Source: Eledone cirrhosa
Lineage: Eukaryota
Reading direction: 5' to 3'
NCBI GenBank assembly: GCA_964016885.1
Contig: OZ024743.1
Span: 262,260,001 to 262,324,000 of the forward strand
DNA length: 64,000 nt
Shown: positions 60,838-64,000 of the stretch, piece after piece
Position numbering within the stretch: the stretch's first letter is position 1
How the letters are laid out: each line of letters begins with the position of its first letter
Made by a program: the position numbers and the translations under genes
Notes under the pieces: generated by a model
Seen by the model: the letters and a program-made list of their open reading frames with translations, nothing else
Databases searched by the model: none
Told to the model about the DNA's origin: nothing

Positions 60838-62408
60838 GAATGAATGAATGACATTGTTTTTCTTAAATAATCCCAGTCAGGTCAGCTTAAATAGAAACCA
60901 ATTAGCAACAGATAATAGAAAGCAGCTGATGACTTGATGTCAATGTTTCTGTCTATATTCATCTCATTTATTCAGTATTATACAATTGTTGAAGCAATGC
61001 TGTCTTTAGATTTTAGGGACTTGAACTACAAATGTTTGTACTTACTTCAAAAATAGTTGTGTGTTTGTTGAAGAGAGATTGCTACTTTTCGTTGCTGCTA
61101 TGTTGAAAATGTAGTGAAAAGTATTGAATAAATACTACAGATAGATATATAGTTGGTTGTATTGTATTAAAGTTGATGTTATGATGCTTTCATTTTAAAT
61201 GCCACTTAGACTGGTATTGTTGGTTTAAATTGGATTTCATTTTAGAGCATCAAAAATGGTGGTGGACTCGCAGAATTGGTGGAGCATCGGGTAAATGTCA
61301 TTGTAGTCCAAACCTCGTCATGGTCAACTTTGCCTTTTATCCTTATAAAATAAGTATCAGTCAAGTACTGGAGTTGATATAATTAACCTTGCCATTTCCC
61401 CCAAAAAATGTGCTGGCCTTTTTGCTTAAATTAGAAATTAATAGTAGAGCATTAAATCCCAATAGCTCCAAAGACATTGAAACATATTAGTAACACATTG
61501 TAACATATTAGTCCCATGTGCCTAGGACAAAGTACATTGTGTGTATATATTTGTGGTGAGAGGGTAATTTTACAACACACATTCACATTTACATGCATAC
61601 ATATTGTACCTCATAACAAACATTAAATTTTCCTTCGTAAGCATGATAATAATTTTGAGAAATTACTATGCAATTTCTTAGAATTATCTCCTCCTTTTCT
61701 TTGAGAGTCACCAACAAGTGTTTAGTTATTTTCTTTTTCCAACTAAATGGCAAATTTCGTATATTTTTCTTTTATATATCACCACCTATCTGATTTATAC
61801 ATGTATGTGAGAGAGAGGTAGAGAGTAGTTCTCTAAAAACTTTTAGATAAGGAAAAAACAAGTTCTGTAAGGGTTATTAATTTAATAAATGAAAATATAG
61901 TCACTCAATTTAATGTATTGAGTACTTTGTAGTTCTCTCCATTTCAAAAGGGAACATTAACATTTTCTTCTCCTTTATCTACATATACGTCTTAAAAACA
62001 AAAATAAATTTTCCATAATGTAATTGTTTCCCAAAGAATTTCAAGGAAAAATCTTCAAAGGAATCGTTAGTGAGTATATTTATCACAAATTGTCAAATAT
62101 TTGTTAGATTAATTTCATTGACACCTACTTCTTTTCTTGCTTTTCAAGTGGTTACTGCTTGTGTAACTGAATCACCATCTACTACCTATCCACTTAGGCT
62201 AAATGGTGGGGCTTCGTGCACATAGAACTTAACCAGTCACTGCGAGATGCTTAGCAAGGCAGTGAGAAAAATACCAAAATACCTCCCAGGCATAGATGAA
62301 GGCAATACCTATTTAAGTATTGCTTTTGTTTTTGCTGGGGAGGTATTTTTTTAAAGAATTTGGAGGTTTTTAGGAGCTAGTGAAGGACAGAGGATGGTTC
62401 TGTTTTGG

Positions 62409-62440
<32 letters not shown>

Positions 62441-63440
62441 CTGTGTATGTGACAGAGTGGGGATTGGAGTCTGGAGCATGATTGTATATATATATATGTT
62501 CATTTATTTTAATTCCAGCCAGTGGATTGTGGCCATGGTGGAGCACCGACCAAAGAAATTCTGTAAAGGAATCTTGGATGTGCCTATTTATAGTAGTTAT
62601 GATATAAATCCTTAGACATGTCCTCTACTATCAAGCATGGTTAAAATATCAAAACAGCTTAATAAGTAGAAGAAATTTTTGAGTATATAATATATATATA
62701 TATACATACACACATGTATATATTTTTCATATGTACATTTATATATACATTAACAATATATAAATGAAAATAAAATATTTGCAAAAGAGGAATATTCATT
62801 AATAATAAATAAAAATAATTTTATGAAAATGTGAATAAAACATATATGTATTAAATTTTCATGGTTTCAACATGCAGTTAATAATAGCCTCATACCTATT
62901 TATGTACATATAATGTGTATATGTCAGTTGTTTAATTATATACACTAATAAACTAGTGTAATCAAACTCACGTCATTTGCTTTTATTTGTGTGTATTTAT
63001 TTATTTATTTATTTGCATATGTGTGTATATGTATGTTTTGTCTGTTTCTCTTAATTTTGAGTATATTTTGGACCTGCCACCTTCCTCATGGCAAGGTTGT
63101 AAAGAAAATATTATATTTTTTCTTTGTTTTATGATGCATAGTGGACATCTGACAGTTGCACCAAGCTGACCAGACAAAAAAACATGGAATTTCTAAAACC
63201 TACTTTTTTGAGTGAGCAATGCCCTTCACAACTGGGACTGTTCAGACATAAATTTACACAACAACCAAATCCCATCACTGGGAGATGACATTGAGTGTAA
63301 CATGAGCCAACTACATGTAAGCTGGTGACTACATGCTCCCAACCCATCTGCCTGCACATGTCATTGCCTTCCCATCATCACTGGAGAAAAATAAAAACCA
63401 GGTTAAATTAGGTAAAATTAGTAATTACCTGTATAATAAT

Positions 63441-63627
63441 TGTTTCTACTTTTGGCATAAGGCCACAATTACCCAGTGCATTACTGGTACTTTATTTTAT
63501 CGACCCCGTAAGGATGAAAGGCAAAGTTAACCTCGGTGGGATTTGAACTCAGAATGGCAAGGGCCGTAACTCTATGCGTCAAAGCATGGCGTCCGACCCA
63601 CTACCGATACTGCCAATCCACCGCCTT
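63441..63627 (-). mobile_element. SINE family B, young copy with target-site duplication
   Basis: Flanked by ATTACCTGTATAATAAT at 63424-63440 and 63634-63650. Confidence 0.88.
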
Positions 63628-63642
63628 TTTATTATTACCTGT

Positions 63643-64000
63643 ATAATAATAATAATGAAATATTGTGTACAGTGCTCAGGTGCACTACAACTCATCAAAA
63701 AGTGTATGTATAGTACATAGGGTAATGTACAAATGTCAGGAAAATGAACAGTGCATGAGTCATGATATACATGTGTGCATGTGTATGGAAGGGGTACATC
63801 AGGTGTAGTTTTGGCAAATTTCGGGAAGCATGAGGGTTTTAAAGGATGCAGTGTCTCGGCAGCTAACAACTGGCGCAGGCAGTTTGTTCCATGCTTCAAC
63901 TCTGAGCGTGAAAAAATGTTTCCGAAAGTCATGGGAGCTGTGCTGTTTTCTGACTTTGTAGGCATGCCCATGTGTGTTAGACACATGGAAATCAAAAAGG
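63643..64000 (-). mobile_element. CR1-group LINE 3' end (continues beyond the window)
   Basis: SNTHGHAYKVRKQHSSHDFRKHFFTLRVEAWNKLP..NYT*, CR1 3' UTR and (TTA)n tail. Confidence 0.92.

Overview
AT-rich, intron-dominated animal genomic DNA, probably from an octopod cephalopod (inferred from the repeat repertoire, not proven). The only host gene I can support is the 3' half of a kelch-like gene, most like KLHL8, on the + strand. It has six GT-AG exons between 15540 and 44096 whose phases fit and which encode the six kelch repeats. A short terminal exon may lie at 59521. The BTB/BACK exons were not found and probably lie upstream of the window. The introns hold two full-length CR1-group LINEs (one with both ORFs intact), several RTE LINE subfamilies, two tRNA-derived SINE families, a non-autonomous Helitron, hAT, piggyBac-like, mariner-like and R4/Dong-like relics, microsatellites and many fold-back repeats. 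Most notable: (1) a G_GGA_AAC slippery heptamer conserved at the ORF1 stop of both CR1 copies, with an AUG-less ORF2 in the -1 frame, suggesting programmed -1 frameshifting; (2) about ten type I hammerhead-ribozyme motifs of Penelope type, several as mirror-image pairs in long hairpins; (3) a C4HC3 PHD finger inserted inside the RTE reverse transcriptase; (4) a SINE built from the 5' UTR and 3' tail of a co-resident RTE. Repeat boundaries were read by eye and are approximate. Most short ORFs in the track are antisense or microsatellite artefacts.
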